Of a stretch of 64,000 bases of DNA, positions 50,135-62,979 are shown one piece after another. Origin of the DNA: Hemiscyllium ocellatum (lineage: Eukaryota); contig NC_083425.1 in the NCBI RefSeq assembly GCF_020745735.1, forward strand, positions 36,257,575 through 36,321,574. Reading direction: 5' to 3'. The notes under the pieces are model-generated. The model searched no databases. It saw only the letters and a program-made list of their open reading frames with translations, and was not told the DNA's origin. The position numbers and the translations under genes were made by a program. Each line of letters begins with the position of its first letter. Within the stretch, counting starts at the first letter, position 1.

Positions 50135-51845
50135 GCAGTAATAAGAACAGGAGCAGGAATTGACAACTCAGCCCCTTGAGCCTGCTCCATCATTTGATAC
50201 AATCATCTGGGCTTCAATTCCACTTTCCTATCTGTTCTCCATAACCCTTCAATTCATTACTAATAAAAACTGTACATCTCCTCAAGTTTATTCAATGTTC
50301 CAACATCTATGATATTTTGGGGTAGTGAATTCCAGATTCACAATCTTTTCAGAGAAGTAATTTCTCACCTGACAAAGTTTATCCTAAAACAATGACCATT
50401 CTATATTGTTCCATGTGAGGAAACATCTTTTCTAAAACACAAATTCCTGGAAAAACTCACGTCTGGCAATATCTATCGGAAGAAAGCAGAATTAACATTT
50501 CAAGTCCAGTGACCCTTCAAAACATCCTTTCTACGTCTACTTCATCAATTGCTTTCAGCATCTTATACACCCCTATTAGATCTCCTCTCATTCTCATAAA
50601 CTCCACACAGCATCGGCCTAAACTTGTCAATCTCTCTTCATAAGACAAACCCTTCTTCTCTGGAATCCATCCAGTGAATTCCTCTAGACTACCTCCAATT
50701 CAATTATATCTGTATTCAAGTAAGGGGACCAAAGTTATACATAATACTGCTGGTGTTGTCTCACTAATATTTTGTAGAGTTGCATTAACACTGCCGTAGT
50801 TATATTTTTTGCTTTTGTAATAAATGCTCAATTTTCATTTGCCTTTCTTATTATCTGCTGCACCTGCACACTAATTTTCTGTGATTCATACACAAGGACA
50901 GCTGGATTCCTTTACACCAAAGCTCTCTGAAGTTTTTGTTCATTGAAATATTAGGTTGCCTTTCTATTCCTCTGACCAAAATGGATAAACTGTCATTTAT
51001 CCATGCTGAAAAACGTATTGCTGGAAAAGCACAGCAGGTCAGGCAGCATCCAAGGAGCAGGAGAATCGAAGTTTCGGCCATAAGCCCTCCTTCATGTTAA
51101 ACTTCATCTGCCATTTGGTCCATTTACCTAATCTATCTGCTTGTAAATTTCTTTTTTCTTTATTGCAACTTATTTTCCCACCTATCTTACTGTCATTTGC
51201 AAATGTGGCAATAGCACTTTCTAGCTATACATCCAAGTCATTAATATAAATTGTAAATAATCGGGGCATGAGGATCAAACCCTGCAGCACTCCACTGGTT
51301 ACATGTTGCCAACTAGAAAACGACCCATTTATCCTGACTCTGCTTTCTGTTGGTTAGCCAATCCACTAAAGCTAATAAATTACCCCTAAACCCATGTCAT
51401 CTTACCTTATGTATTAAACTTGTGTGTGACACAAATGCCTTCTGGAAGTCCAAAAATACTATATCTACAGGATCACCATTATCCATATTGCTTGTTACAT
51501 CTTCAAAGCACTCTAGCAAATTAGTCAAACATGATTTACTATTCATAAAGCCATGACAGACTCTGACAGATTCTATTTTGACTATCCAAATATCCTGTTA
51601 TTACGTCCTTAATAATGGATTCTCACAATTATCCAATGAAATATACTGAACTAACTGGTCAAGGGGAGAAAGTTTCCGACTTTCTGCCTCCTTCCCTTTT
51701 CAAATATTCAGATTTTTACAAACCACTGGAAGCTTTCCTGCATCCAGGGAATTTTGGAATTTTATAACCAACGGATCCACCATCGTTGCCGCCACTGGTT
51801 TTAGGACCCTATGGTAGAGGGTATCATGCTCTGGGAATTGTCGGC
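50135..51845 (-). mobile_element. CR1 LINE fragment with nested family C (50440-50520) and family A (51005-51094) pieces
   Basis: 3' tail 'aagaacaggagcaggaattgac..gccccttgagcctgctcc'; RT remnant 'aatgccttctggaagtccaaaaatac'. Confidence 0.78.
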
Positions 51846-52224
51846 CTTCGATTCCAATAATTTGCTCTCTTTCCACTTTTGCCCTATTGGCAGTTAAATG
51901 GTATTTTTTTAGGCTGGAAGTAGATTTATAGGGGAACTCCCCAGAATTTGCTTCTGAGACCCTTGCTTTTCCTGATTTGTACACATGTCTTAGATCTTGT
52001 TATGGAGGAGATTATTTCAAAGTCATGAATAACACAAAATTTGAAGAATTATAAATTGTGAGAATGACAGTGCTGAACTTCAAAACAACATTGACAGGCT
52101 GTAAGAGTGGATGGATAGATGGCAAATAGGTGGATGACTATGGGGTGATACACTTTTGGTACACAGATGTAGAAAATAAGGATGTTACTTTAAAGGGTCT
52201 GCAGAAGCAGAGAGAACTGGATTC

Positions 52225-52433
52225 AAAAAAAAACTGCAGATGCTGGAAATATGAAATGAAATCAGAAATTGCTGGAAAAACGCAGATCAGCCAGTATCTG
52301 TGCAGCGAAAGCAGGGTTAACGTTTCAAGTCCAGTGACCCTTCTTCCTTGGACTCAAAACGTTAACTCTGCTTTTGCTCCACAGATGCTGGCTGACCTGT
52401 GGTGTTTTTCCAGCAATTTCTGATTTTGTTTTT
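52225..52433. mobile_element. Fold-back family C element with truncated hammerhead motifs
   Basis: Minus arm (..)GAAGA-A-GGGTC actg GACTT-GAAA-CG-TT^AAC; possible TSD gagaact at 52212-52218 and 52434-52440. Confidence 0.78.
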
Positions 52434-54224
52434 GAGAACTCAGTATACATGTACATTAGTCATTGAAGGTAGCAGATTAGGTACAGAGCTGTTAATAAAG
52501 CATACAGTATTCTAGGCTTCATTAACAGGGGCACAGAATACAAAAGCAAAGCAATAATGATGAACTTGTATAAGTTGTTGGACCTCAGCTGGAATAGTGT
52601 GCGCTATTCTGAGCACCATTCTCTCGGAAGAACGTGAATACATTGAACAGACTGCAGAAGAGGCTTACAAGAATGATTCCAGATATGGGACACTTCAGTT
52701 CAGAATGAGCTTGGAGAACTTAGGACTATTTTCCCAGGAGAGAAGGCTAAGACAAGATTTGGTAGAAGTTCTCAAAAATCAATGATAGAAATTCTCAAAA
52801 TCATGAGGTGTCTGATAAACTGTTCCCACTCAAATGGACTGAAAACTAGATAAGACGGTTGCTTTGCAAAAGTAGTAAATATTAAGTGAGAAAACTCTCT
52901 CACACAACACATAATTAAGGAATGGAATGCATTGCCTGCAAGTGTAGTGGAGGCAGGTTTGATTGAGACTTTAAAACAACATTGCTTATATTTAAATAAT
53001 TACCTAATCTCGTGTACAAGGAAAAGACTAGAGACTGGCACAAAGTTAAGATTCCTAGAGATCTGCTCTAGACACAAAGGACCAAATGGCTTCTATCTAC
53101 AATATAAACATTCTACAAAGTTGCTGGGATTGGATTTCCCACACATTTATATTTAATTATCCTCCATTCACTACATTTTGTGCATGCTTCTCCCTTTATT
53201 AAGAGAGCATGCTGTAGTTTTGGCTGAGAAGTCTGTTTGTTTTAGACCACAGAGATTTTGACAATTAAACATAGACTGTTTCACAGAAAACAAAGTATTT
53301 GTTGGTTTATTTTAAGTTACCTCATTGCCGACATTTCTACCTCTGTGGTTGACAATGATGCTAACATTCACTTTAATTCAAATTTTTAGCATTCATTAAA
53401 ATGTTCCCTCTTTATTCTGTTTCTGGTCAATTATTTCCCCTCTTATAAAGGAGATGACCTTTTTTGAGAACTGAACACTGACATGAAATGTTATTGCTTC
53501 TCTACCCACAGACCTGGTGTTTCCAGCACTTAACTAGTTTTACGTTATATTTCCAGCATCTGCAATATTTTGTTTTTGTTTGGAACACTTCTATCTGCAC
53601 CTTCACTGGGGTCAACTAAAAGTACAGACTGGATTGAATCTGATCTTTATGGCTCAGCTTCTCATAAGATAAACTCACAGCAGTACAGGGTCCAAAAAGT
53701 ATCTTTCAAGCATAAGGACACAAACACTAAAAAGGAAATATATTGTGCAAATTATGTATTTGCATGAAGACTCCTAATCTCATTTGTCTACCCACAGGTG
53801 ACATTTCAACATCCAAAGTGCATGAAGACACCACAACATCTGTTCTTTCCCAACTAATACATTTCTCACTTGTACCTGTGTAAATGACTCAGCTATAAAC
53901 AAAGTTCAGTTTGCGACAACTCCATCATAAACTCAGGTGTTCCTGTATCTGGTAAGAAATAAACCCATCACAATGGATTATATAATTCTATGTTGCCTCC
54001 ACATGGCGGTGGAGGCACTGCAATGCTCCCAGCAAGCCATCAGAGAGAGAAATTTGTCTTCCTTTCACATATCTTCAATTTGCTGACCTGCGATAGATGT
54101 TTTCCATCTCGCTTAAGACAGCAAATTAGCACTTATGTAGTCATACTGATATCACAATCTTGCCTCAAGTTTTTATAATCATATTATGTTTTACACACTA
54201 TAGACATATAGTGGAGTTTTTCTC

Positions 54225-54520
54225 CCAAAAGACTTGCATTTGTATACTGCAATCTTTCTCAATCACTGGATGTCCTTATGGCACATTACAGCCAACTTCT
54301 GAAGAGTAGTCACAGCTGAAAAGTGAGTACCAATCTGTGCACAAAAAGCTTCCACAAGCTGCGATATGGTAATGGGCAGGTAATTTGTTTTGGCGATGGT
54401 AAATAAGAAATAAATATTGGCTATGCAGCCCTTCTTCAAAATAGATTTTATTCTTAAAAAAAATCTTTTACATTCACCTGGGAGGTAGGTGGCACTGGTA
54501 CATTGGTACGACAGCAATTA
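54225..54520 (-). mobile_element. Decayed Deu-domain SINE
   Basis: 'aagaaataaatattggc...cccttcttcaaaatag...tcttttacattcacctg' is the reverse complement of the Deu core; tail 'aaagacttgcatttgtata'. Confidence 0.6.
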
Positions 54521-54759
54521 AATAAAACACAATATAGCTTCGCTACTAAATACTAATATATAGCCACACTATTAAAAACTGATCAGTATTGCAAAGATAT
54601 AGTTGATCATATGCATTATGGTACAGCATGGCCATTACATATTAATGTATAACTTGGCCATTATATCGGTCAGGCTTGCCTTGCATGGGAATTCTGGATG
54701 GTTATTATTTTAAAAACGCAGAGAGGTGAACATGGCTTTGGGCTCTCCCTCATCATGCT

Positions 54760-55330
54760 CGACACGCCTTCAGCGCAGGGATTGGGCCCTCACTCAGTAC
54801 CAGAACTGACCAGCCCGCCTGAATGATTGGGCCGGAGAGACTCAGGCCTTAGGCCTGGGCTCCAGCCACTCCGAATATGGCGGCAAAATTTCAAACAGGG
54901 CCGAACGAGGGAGGGAACGGCCTCGGGCCAAACAACGGAATCCTGAGGGCCGGGAAATTGAGAGCGACAGGAGGAAGGCGGGAATCCGACTGCTAAGCCC
55001 GGAGCCGCCTCATGCTGCCCCGTTACCTTAGGCTTCTCGTCCGCCATTGTGTCTTCTCGCCCGCGTCTCCTCGGCACAAAGAGTCAGAAAGAGGGAGCAG
55101 GAGAATCGGGGAGGGGAGGCAAACGCGCGCCCCCGATTCATCTCGTTCGCGCGCACGCAAGGCGGCAGCGGGTGACGTGCGCGTCCTCGCGGACCTGTCT
55201 CTCCCAACGGATTGGTGGGTGGGCTGGGAAAGGGGCAGAGACCAAGTACGCGTTCCCGTTAAGATGGGCACGTGACCGCGAGGCGCCCGTTCTGAATACG
55301 TCAGTGGGTGCGCGTGCCCGGATGGTTGGA
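54760..55330 (-). promoter_or_regulatory. SUMO2 CpG-island promoter (TATA-less)
   Basis: CpG-rich; CCAAT at ~55211; E-box CACGTG ~55269-55274; TGACG(T) half-CREs; YY1-like ATGGCG motifs; pyrimidine tract 55078-55120. Confidence 0.75.
55027..55047 (-). CDS. SUMO2: SUMO2 coding exon 1
   Basis: acaATGGCG; MADEKPK; donor AAG|GTAACG; within a CpG island. The MADEKPK N-terminus, short tail and JPT1/NUP85 neighbours favour SUMO2 over SUMO3. Confidence 0.95.
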
Positions 55331-55954
55331 AGGATGAGGGAGGGGTTTTAGGTCAGAGAGTGGAGGAGGGGAGAGAGGCATTGGGTTGGAGGAAGAGTAA
55401 AGGGAAGAGAAGGATGCGGTGAGTGGGTAAGAGAGGGAAGAAGAAGGAGGAGGTGGTGGGGGTGTGATAAGGTTGAGGGTCGAAGAAGGGGGCGTTAGGC
55501 TGGATAAAGCAATTTCCCTCCACTATTTTATAGGGAACTACCATTCTATTCATTGATGTTAGTGTCTTGTCATTCTCAAACCTGAAGCATGAACATGTAG
55601 AATCGAGGTGATATTATAACCAATGCATTCCAAATAAGATTGCATCCAAAATAATGCAATTAACTGCATTTGTACTTGAACTTCCATTATTGAGCTAAAG
55701 CTTCTTGAGATGAATACAATTCCCTTCGTTTGATCAATATTGCCCTCTTCGGTGTAATGTCTGTGTCTGTGTAATGCACCATTTCAAAAACTTGGTTGAT
55801 CTGTTTAGAATATATAATTGTTTAATGATATTTAAAGTTTCAAATAAAACATCCTGTTATTCGTTCTTCAAGCATTCCTGGGATTTGTTCTTTAGTTAGA
55901 GTTCTGAATTCCTGTCATCTTTCAAAACTGTCAACGGTGTATCTATAATGTAAT

Positions 55955-56125
55955 AAAAACAAAATACTATAGCTGCTGAAGATCTAAAATAAAAGAAAAT
56001 GCAGGAGACACACAGCAGATCTGGTAGCATCCATGGAGAGAGAAACTGACTTAATTTTCAACTCTGATATAACTTACTTAGAAAAGTTCTGAGGAACAGA
56101 CATATCAAACTCAACATTAAATCTA
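55955..56125. mobile_element. Decayed fold-back family C element
   Basis: 'aaatgcaggagacacacagcagatctggtagcatccatggagagagaaactgacttaattttc' followed by 'agttctgaggaa...' hammerhead remnant. Confidence 0.6.
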
Positions 56126-56419
56126 ATGAATGTCTTTGTCATCATTCCTTTTGATTTTGATCTCTGTTCCAAACTGAACTGACACTTGCACTCCATATCT
56201 GGATGGTCTTTAAATGCTATTACTGTTACCAATGTCAAAATCACTCATTTCTTTGTATTATTACTGAATGTTCCATTTGTGCCATGAAAACTGCTGGGAA
56301 TGAATGCCTTCCTAGGAATATATTGACTATTGGAATGTATTCATTTTTGAAATTTTAAATCCAGTTAATATCAGCCATCTATACATGTGCAAAACCTTAG
56401 CACAGTCCAATAATTTAAA

Positions 56420-56975
56420 GATTTAATTGATATATTGTCATGTGTACTTAAGTACAGTGAAAAGCTTTGTTTGCAAGCAATACAGGTACATCATACTAAG
56501 CAAGAACATACAGATCATAGGATACTTGGACAGAGTCAAAAAGTATGTCGTTGGAAAAGCACAGCAGGTCAAGCAGCATCCGAAGACCAGGAGAGTCGAT
56601 GATCTTAACCATGTCGACTCTCCTGCTCTTCAGATGCTGCCTGACCTGCTGTGCATTCCAGCACCACACTTTTCGACTCTGACTCTCTAGCATCTGCAGT
56701 CTTCACTTTCTCCTGCTTGTACGTGAGGCATACAGGTTACACTGCACAGGAGATGCATGAAGCAAGATCAACATTATTTGAAGTTAGAGAGTTCATTCAT
56801 CAGTCTAATAACGGCAGGGAAGGAAACTGTTTGCGAACCTGTTGGTGTATGTTCAAACTTCTATATCTTCTGCCTGACGGAAGAGATTCTAGGTGAGCAG
56901 TACCAGGATAGGAGGGGTCTTTGATAATGTTGGCAGCCTTTCTGTGGCAATGCGAAGTGTAACTGCAAGTACAGT
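56420..56975 (-). mobile_element. Rex1/Babar LINE 3' fragment
   Basis: KAANIIKDPSYPG..LPSGRRYRSL (ORF 56800-56994); matches 60650-60960. Confidence 0.85.
56532..56715. mobile_element. Fold-back family A element lacking hammerhead cores
   Basis: Arms 'ggagagtcgatg' and 'atgtcgactctcc' joined by a short spacer. Confidence 0.82.
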
Positions 56976-56989
56976 TGTTGCAATTTTGC

Positions 56990-59110
56990 AACAAAGAAGT
57001 AGGAGCAGGAATAGGCTATTTCACCTTTGGGACTGCTCTGCCATTCTATAAGATTCTGGCTGATTTGCCCCAGGTTTCAACTCCTCTTTCATGTCATCTC
57101 CACATAGACCTCAACTGCTCAATATTTCAAAAACCCATCTCTCTCCTCTTTAAGAATTCAAGTGATCTAGTGAGAACAACTCTTGGGGTAGAGAATACCA
57201 GACATTATTCTTACCAAAGCAGATGACCTCATGCTTTCCTACTCTAATCTCCATCTGCCAAGTTCTTGTCCACTCACTCAACCTATCTACATCCCTTGCA
57301 AATTCATTATGACCCCATTACAACTCACCCTACTATTTTTGTGCCATCGGTAAATTTGGACATATTACATTTTGCCTCCTTATTAATATTGATAATAAAC
57401 AATTAAAGCCCTAGGATTTTTACTCTGTGCCCATCCAAATACTCCTTAAATGTTTTGAGAGTTCCTGCCCTTACCATCCTTTTAGGCAGTGAGTTTCAGA
57501 TACCCATTACCGTCTGGATGATTTTTCTTTCCTTCAGATCCTCTCTAAACCTCCTGCTGCTTATCATAAAATTGTGCCCTTGGTTACTCACCTCTTGACT
57601 GAGGGGAAACATTACTGACTGACTACATTTCTCATAACGTTGTACACCTCAATCAGCTCCCCTCAGCTTTCTCTGCTCCAAGGAAAACAACACAGGATAT
57701 CTAATGTTTCTTTTCATAGTTGAATTGCTCCAGCCAAGGCAACATCCTAGTGAATCTCATTTGTACCTGTCTCGTGGCCTAATGATATAACTTTTTGCTC
57801 TTGTGTTTAATCCCTTGACTAATAATGGCAAGTATCTTAGAACTACTTTGTCCTGCTGCCTTCAAGAATCTATGGATATGCAAACCAAGGTCCTTCTGAT
57901 CCTTTGTACATGCTGGTATCCTACCATTTATAATCCCGTACTTTATTATTCTTTACAAAAACATCACTTCACACTTTTCCAGATTAAATTCCATTTGCCA
58001 TTGTTTAGCTCATCTGAGTGCCCCATCAATATAGTCCTGCAGTCTAAGGCTTTCCTTATTATTTACCACGCAATCAATTTTCATGTTATCTCCAAACCGA
58101 TTAATCCTATCTCCTACATTCGTGTCTAGATCATCAGCAGTTACTATCCAGCACAGACCCCTGTGGTACACTATTGGATACAGTCTCCCAGTACAAAAAT
58201 ACCTATACACTTTTATAGTTACAGTGCAGAAGAGGCCATTCATCCCATCATCCTTGCACCAGCTCTTCAAATTAGAACCATTACCTATCACCAATCTCCT
58301 GCCTTTTCTCTATATCCTTGCACACTACTTCCATCCAAATAATCATCCAAATGCACTTTGAATATTTCAACTGAATTTGCCTTAAACCAGATTTCCAGGC
58401 AATAAATGTATTCCATATACTACTCACTTGTATGAAAAATGTTTTTCTCACATCACCCTGCTTCTCTTACAGAGCTTTGCCCTCATTTTGTTCCTTTTAT
58501 GAACAGGAACAACCTCTCGGTATCTACACTATTCAGCCAATGTGGATTTTGAAAATCTCTATCAAATTTCTACTTAGCTTTCTTATCTCCAAGGAGAAAC
58601 AGTCCCAACATCTTCAGCCTATTGGTGGTTCAGTGGTTAGTACTGCTGCCTCACAGCACCAGGGCCCAGGTTTGATTCTAGCCTCGGGTGACAGTCTGTG
58701 TGGAATTTGAACATTCTTCCCGTATCTGCATGGGTTCCCTCTCACAATCCAAAGATGTGCAAGTTAGGTGGATTGACCATGCTAAATTGCCCAAAGTGTC
58801 CAGGGATGCACATGGAAGGTTAATTAGCCATCGGAAAAGCAGGGTTACAGGGATAGGATGGGGTGGGTTTGGGTGGGATGTTCTTGGATGGTCAGTGTGG
58901 ACTGAATAGGCCAAAAGGCCTGCTTCCACACTTAAGGATTCTATGATTTTATTCTATTCTCATTACTGAAGTTTCTCATTTCTAGAACCATTCTTGTAAA
59001 TTGCTTCTGCACTCTCTCCAGTCCATTAACATCTTTCCTAAAATGTGGAGCCCACAGCTGTACACAATACCGCAAATGAGGTCTAACAAATGTCTTATAT
59101 GTAAGTTCAA
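56990..59110 (-). mobile_element. Nested old CR1 fragments with a V-SINE (58622-58945, plus)
   Basis: Several CR1 3' tails; SINE head 'ggtggttcagtggttagtactgctgcctcacag' and V-domain. Confidence 0.72.
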
Positions 59111-59204
59111 CATCAGCCTTTAACTATCACCCCCCCTCCCCCCACCCCCCCGTTTCCTGCCACTAGATCGATTCTGGATCCAGTTTTCAAAATTGCCCCA
59201 GATC

Positions 59205-60965
59205 CTTCACAGAGCCATTAAGACAGCCAAGGACCAATACCAATCCAAACTAGAGACCCAGACAGACACCCAGTGACAATGGCAAGGACTGAATGACATC
59301 ACAGGTTCTAAAAAGAGACAGTGCAAGTTAGCAGACATATCCCTCCCAGATCGTCTCAACACCTTCTATGCTCGCTTTGAGCACAATTTCCAGCGGAGAG
59401 GTAACACCAATTCCGACAAATCCTGATGAACCTATCCCAACAGTCACAGCATCAGAGGTCAGATCAATTTTTCTTCATGTGAATCCAAGGAAAGCGATGG
59501 GATCAGACGGAGTACCAGACCATGCACTCACAGCATATGCAGATCAACTTCTCGGACATCTTCAACCTCACCCTGCAGCAGGACACTGTGCCTGCCTGTT
59601 TCATGAGGGCCAACATCATCCCTATGTCTAAGAAGGCTTAAGCAGCATCTCTCAATGACTACCACCCAATGGCTCTAACTTCGTGGTCATGAAGTACTTT
59701 GAAAGGCTGGTTATGGCATGAATCAACTCCAGCCTCCCCACTACTCTTGATCCACTCCAATTTGCCTATTGGACCAACAGATCCATGTCAGATGCCATAT
59801 CACTTGTCCTTCACTCCTCCCTAGAACATCGTGACACCAAGAACAGCTACATAAGAATCCTAATTATTGACTACAGTTCAGCCTTCAACACTATTATCCC
59901 CTTAAGACTGATTACTAAACTTAGTGATCTCGGATTAAGCCACACTCTCTGCAACTGGATCCTCAGTTTCCTGATCCACAGGCCATGATCAGTGAAGATT
60001 GGGAACAATATTTCATCTTCACTAACACTCAACACTGGAGTCCCTGCCAGGGATATGTACTCAGCCCCATACTGTACTCACTGTATACCCATGACTAAGT
60101 CGCCAAATACCAGACTAATGCCATTTACAAGTTTGCTGATGACACCACCATAGTCGGTCGAATCTCAGATGGCGACAAAACAAACTTCAGATGGGAGGTG
60201 GAAGATCTGGAAGAATGATGCACTGAGAACAACCTAGCTCTCAATGCCAGCAAAACCAAGGAACTCATTATTGACTTTTGGCAGGGTGTTACTCATAACC
60301 CCCTACACATTAACAGCACGGAGGTGAAATGAGTGGAGAGTGTCAAGCGTCTGGGAGTGGTCATCCACAACAAGTTTTCTTGGACTCTTCATGTGGACAC
60401 ACTGGTTACAAATGCCCAACGTCTCTTCTTCCTCAGGCAGCTGAGAAAATGTGGCAAGAAGGCGAATACCCTTGCCAACTTTTATAGGTGCGCCATCAAG
60501 AGAATTCTGTCTGGATGTGTCACTACCTGGTATGGCAACTGTACCAATCAAGATCAGAGATGGTTACAGAGAGTGGTGAACTCGGCCCAGACATTCACAA
60601 AGGCCAACTTCCCGTCTATAGAATCCAAATACCAGGCCCACTGTCCAGGAAAGGCTGCCAGCATTCTCAAAGATCCATTCCACCCTGGCAATATTTTTCT
60701 ACAACCTCTACCATCGGGGAGAAGGTACAGAAGCCTGAACACACGTACCCCAGCTGGTTTCAAAACAGTTTCTACCCTACTGTTGTTAGAATACTGAATG
60801 GACTCACAAATTCTTAACATTCGCTTGTACCTGTGTTTTTGCTTTTGCTCTGTTTACCTATTATTTTCTTACCTATGCTACTTAACAATGTGATCTGCCT
60901 GTATTACTCGCAAGCCAAAGCTTTTCAATGTGCTTCGGTACACATGACAACAAATTCAACTCAAT
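59205..60965 (+). mobile_element. Rex1/Babar LINE, 5'-truncated RT region
   Basis: [65 protein letters not shown]. Confidence 0.9.
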
Positions 60966-61324
60966 TTCAGAGCCCATGAATTCTAAGCTTTTTAACCAAT
61001 TTATCATGTCAGACTTTGTCAAAGACCATACTGAAGTCTGTGCAGACCACACCAACTGCATTATCCTCATCTCCATGTTGATGGTTCGGTCAATTGTGCT
61101 GCTACTAAGGCAGCCTGCTGATGGACATTGAAGTCTTCAGCCAGGAATCACCTGTGCCTTGCTACCCTCAATGCTTTTACCAAGTGATGTCCAACACGGT
61201 AGAGCATGGATTCACCCAGCTGAGAGAGGGTAGTTGGTATTCATCAGCAGGAGATTTCCTTGCCCATTTGACTAGATGCCATGAGATTCTCCTAACTGTA
61301 TGCAAAGGCAAATGCTACAAAGGC

Positions 61325-61610
61325 GAAGAGTGTGGTGCTGGAAAAGCACAGTTGGTCAGAGAGCATCTGAGGAGCAGGAGAGTTGATATTTCAAGCATAA
61401 GCCCTTCATCAGGAATGAGGGACTCATGCTAACAAGTGGCCTTGGTGTTGGCATAGATATATGAGAACAGAAGCTCACCTCAGAGTGAAATTCAGGCTCA
61501 TGCCCGAAATGTCAACTCTCCTGCTCTTTGGATGCTACCTGATCAGCTGTGCTGCTCCAGCACCACACTCTTCAACTCTGATCTCCAGCATCTGCAGTCT
61601 TCACTTTATC
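61325..61610. mobile_element. Inverted pair of family A termini
   Basis: Minus arm 61325-61420 carries CTGATGA-A-GGGC ttat GCTT-GAAA-TA-TC; plus arm 61495-61610. Confidence 0.8.
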
Positions 61611-62604
61611 TTAAATTGATATAAAGTAAACTTTCCCTTCTTATTCTTCCTGACTTGTCTGTAGCCTTTGACTTGGTTGACACATCACCCCCCTTTGACT
61701 CTTCTCCGCCTGTTATCCAACTGGGTGATATTAGTCTCATCTACTTACATTTTTATATATCTAAACACAGCTAGAAATCACGTGTTCTCTTGTTCTCGCA
61801 CCATTACCTCTGCTGATCCCTCAGAGATCTTTTCTCAACTCCCTCCTTTTTCTCATTTACATGCTGGCCCTCAGTGATTACAGCCTTTGTTTTCACATGT
61901 CCATGACACCCACCACCAATGAATCCGCCACTGTTGTTAATTTAGGAGACATCTATTACTTGACATCTGGCACTAGATACACAGATTTTTTTTTCAAAAA
62001 CAGCGAGATGACTGCAGCTCTCGTTTTTGGTTCCTGCTTTAAACATTGTTCCGAGCTAGACTGTTTCTCTCTTCCTGGCTGCAATTTAAGATTAAGCCAG
62101 TCTCTTCACAACCTTGGTGTTAAATTTCTGGTGAAATAAGCTTCTGTTCTCATATATTTGTGCCATCATCAAGACCACTTGTTAGCATTATTCTTTTCAT
62201 CTCATTTGTTGTAGAAACCCTCATGCTCATATTGTTTGCTTCTAGACTTGACCATTCATAAGTACTACTGGTCGTTCTTTGACATTGTTGCCTCTTTCAG
62301 CTCATCTAAACTTGAGTCTTAACTCACATCAGGTCACGCATCACCTTGTGCTTCCTGATCTATGTTGGCTACCACTCAAGCAATGTCTTGATTTCAAACT
62401 CCTCACCTTTGTTTTTGAGTCCTTCCACCGCCTCCAGATAATGTCATCCTCAACTCTGGTCTCTTGTGCAACGGTGGCTGTTTTCAGTTGACTGGATCCT
62501 AAATTCTGGAATATCTTCCCCCGTCCCAACTACCTCTCTTTCCTTCTTTAAGTTAGTCAAGTGTCTCTGATACATGCTATTGGTCTGGCTTAATATCTGT
62601 TAAG

Positions 62605-62777
62605 GAGGTAAAAACAATGACTGCAGATGCTGGAAACCAGATTCTGGATTAGTGGTGCTGGAAGAGCACAGCAGATCAGGCAGCATCCAAGGAGCAGTGA
62701 AATCGACGTTTCGGGCAAAAGCCCATCATCAGGAATAAAGGCAGTGAGTCTGAAGCGTGCAGAGATAAGCTAGAGCT
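62605..62777 (-). mobile_element. Family A-related terminus with 12-bp TSD
   Basis: TSD atatctgttaag at 62593-62604 and 62778-62789. Confidence 0.85.
62701..62736 (-). ncRNA. Minimal hammerhead motif, intact core
   Basis: Minus strand ATTC-CTGATGA-T-GGGC tttt GCCC-GAAA-CG-TC^GATT. Confidence 0.72.
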
Positions 62778-62979
62778 ATATCTGTTAAGAGTGTTGTACA
62801 TTGTTTTATCATGTTCCTGTGAAAAGGTCGTTTCATTAATGTAGAAGGCGCTAAGGTACATCCAACTCTGCTAGGTTTGGAACAGGACAGACTCGGGGAA
62901 GATGATGCTGGAATCTGGGCTATTGTCTGAAATATATCACTTCAGTCAGTATGACTGTGCCGGGCTGTTTTTATTATGG

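Larger units (their letters stand above)
46200..53110 (+). mobile_element. Old near-full-length CR1 LINE (ORF1 Zn-finger/esterase ~46690-47720, ORF2 from ~47750), split by younger insertions
   Basis: Decayed ORF1 (MEC..C.MW, RKCHWLHQLEL), esterase and endonuclease remnants, 'YWDFQIALD' near 50015, C-terminus at 52020-53110. Confidence 0.7.
61630..62860 (+). mobile_element. Decayed L2 LINE
   Basis: LLILPDLSVAFDLVD (L2 LLDLSAAFDTVDH motif), NLGV, SRLD and HLVLPDLCWLPLKQCLDFKL. Confidence 0.72.

Noticed and set aside
55048-55077. In-frame GTG N-terminal extension of SUMO2
   Set aside because: Poor context (tttGTGc) and likely very close to the cap; no supporting evidence.
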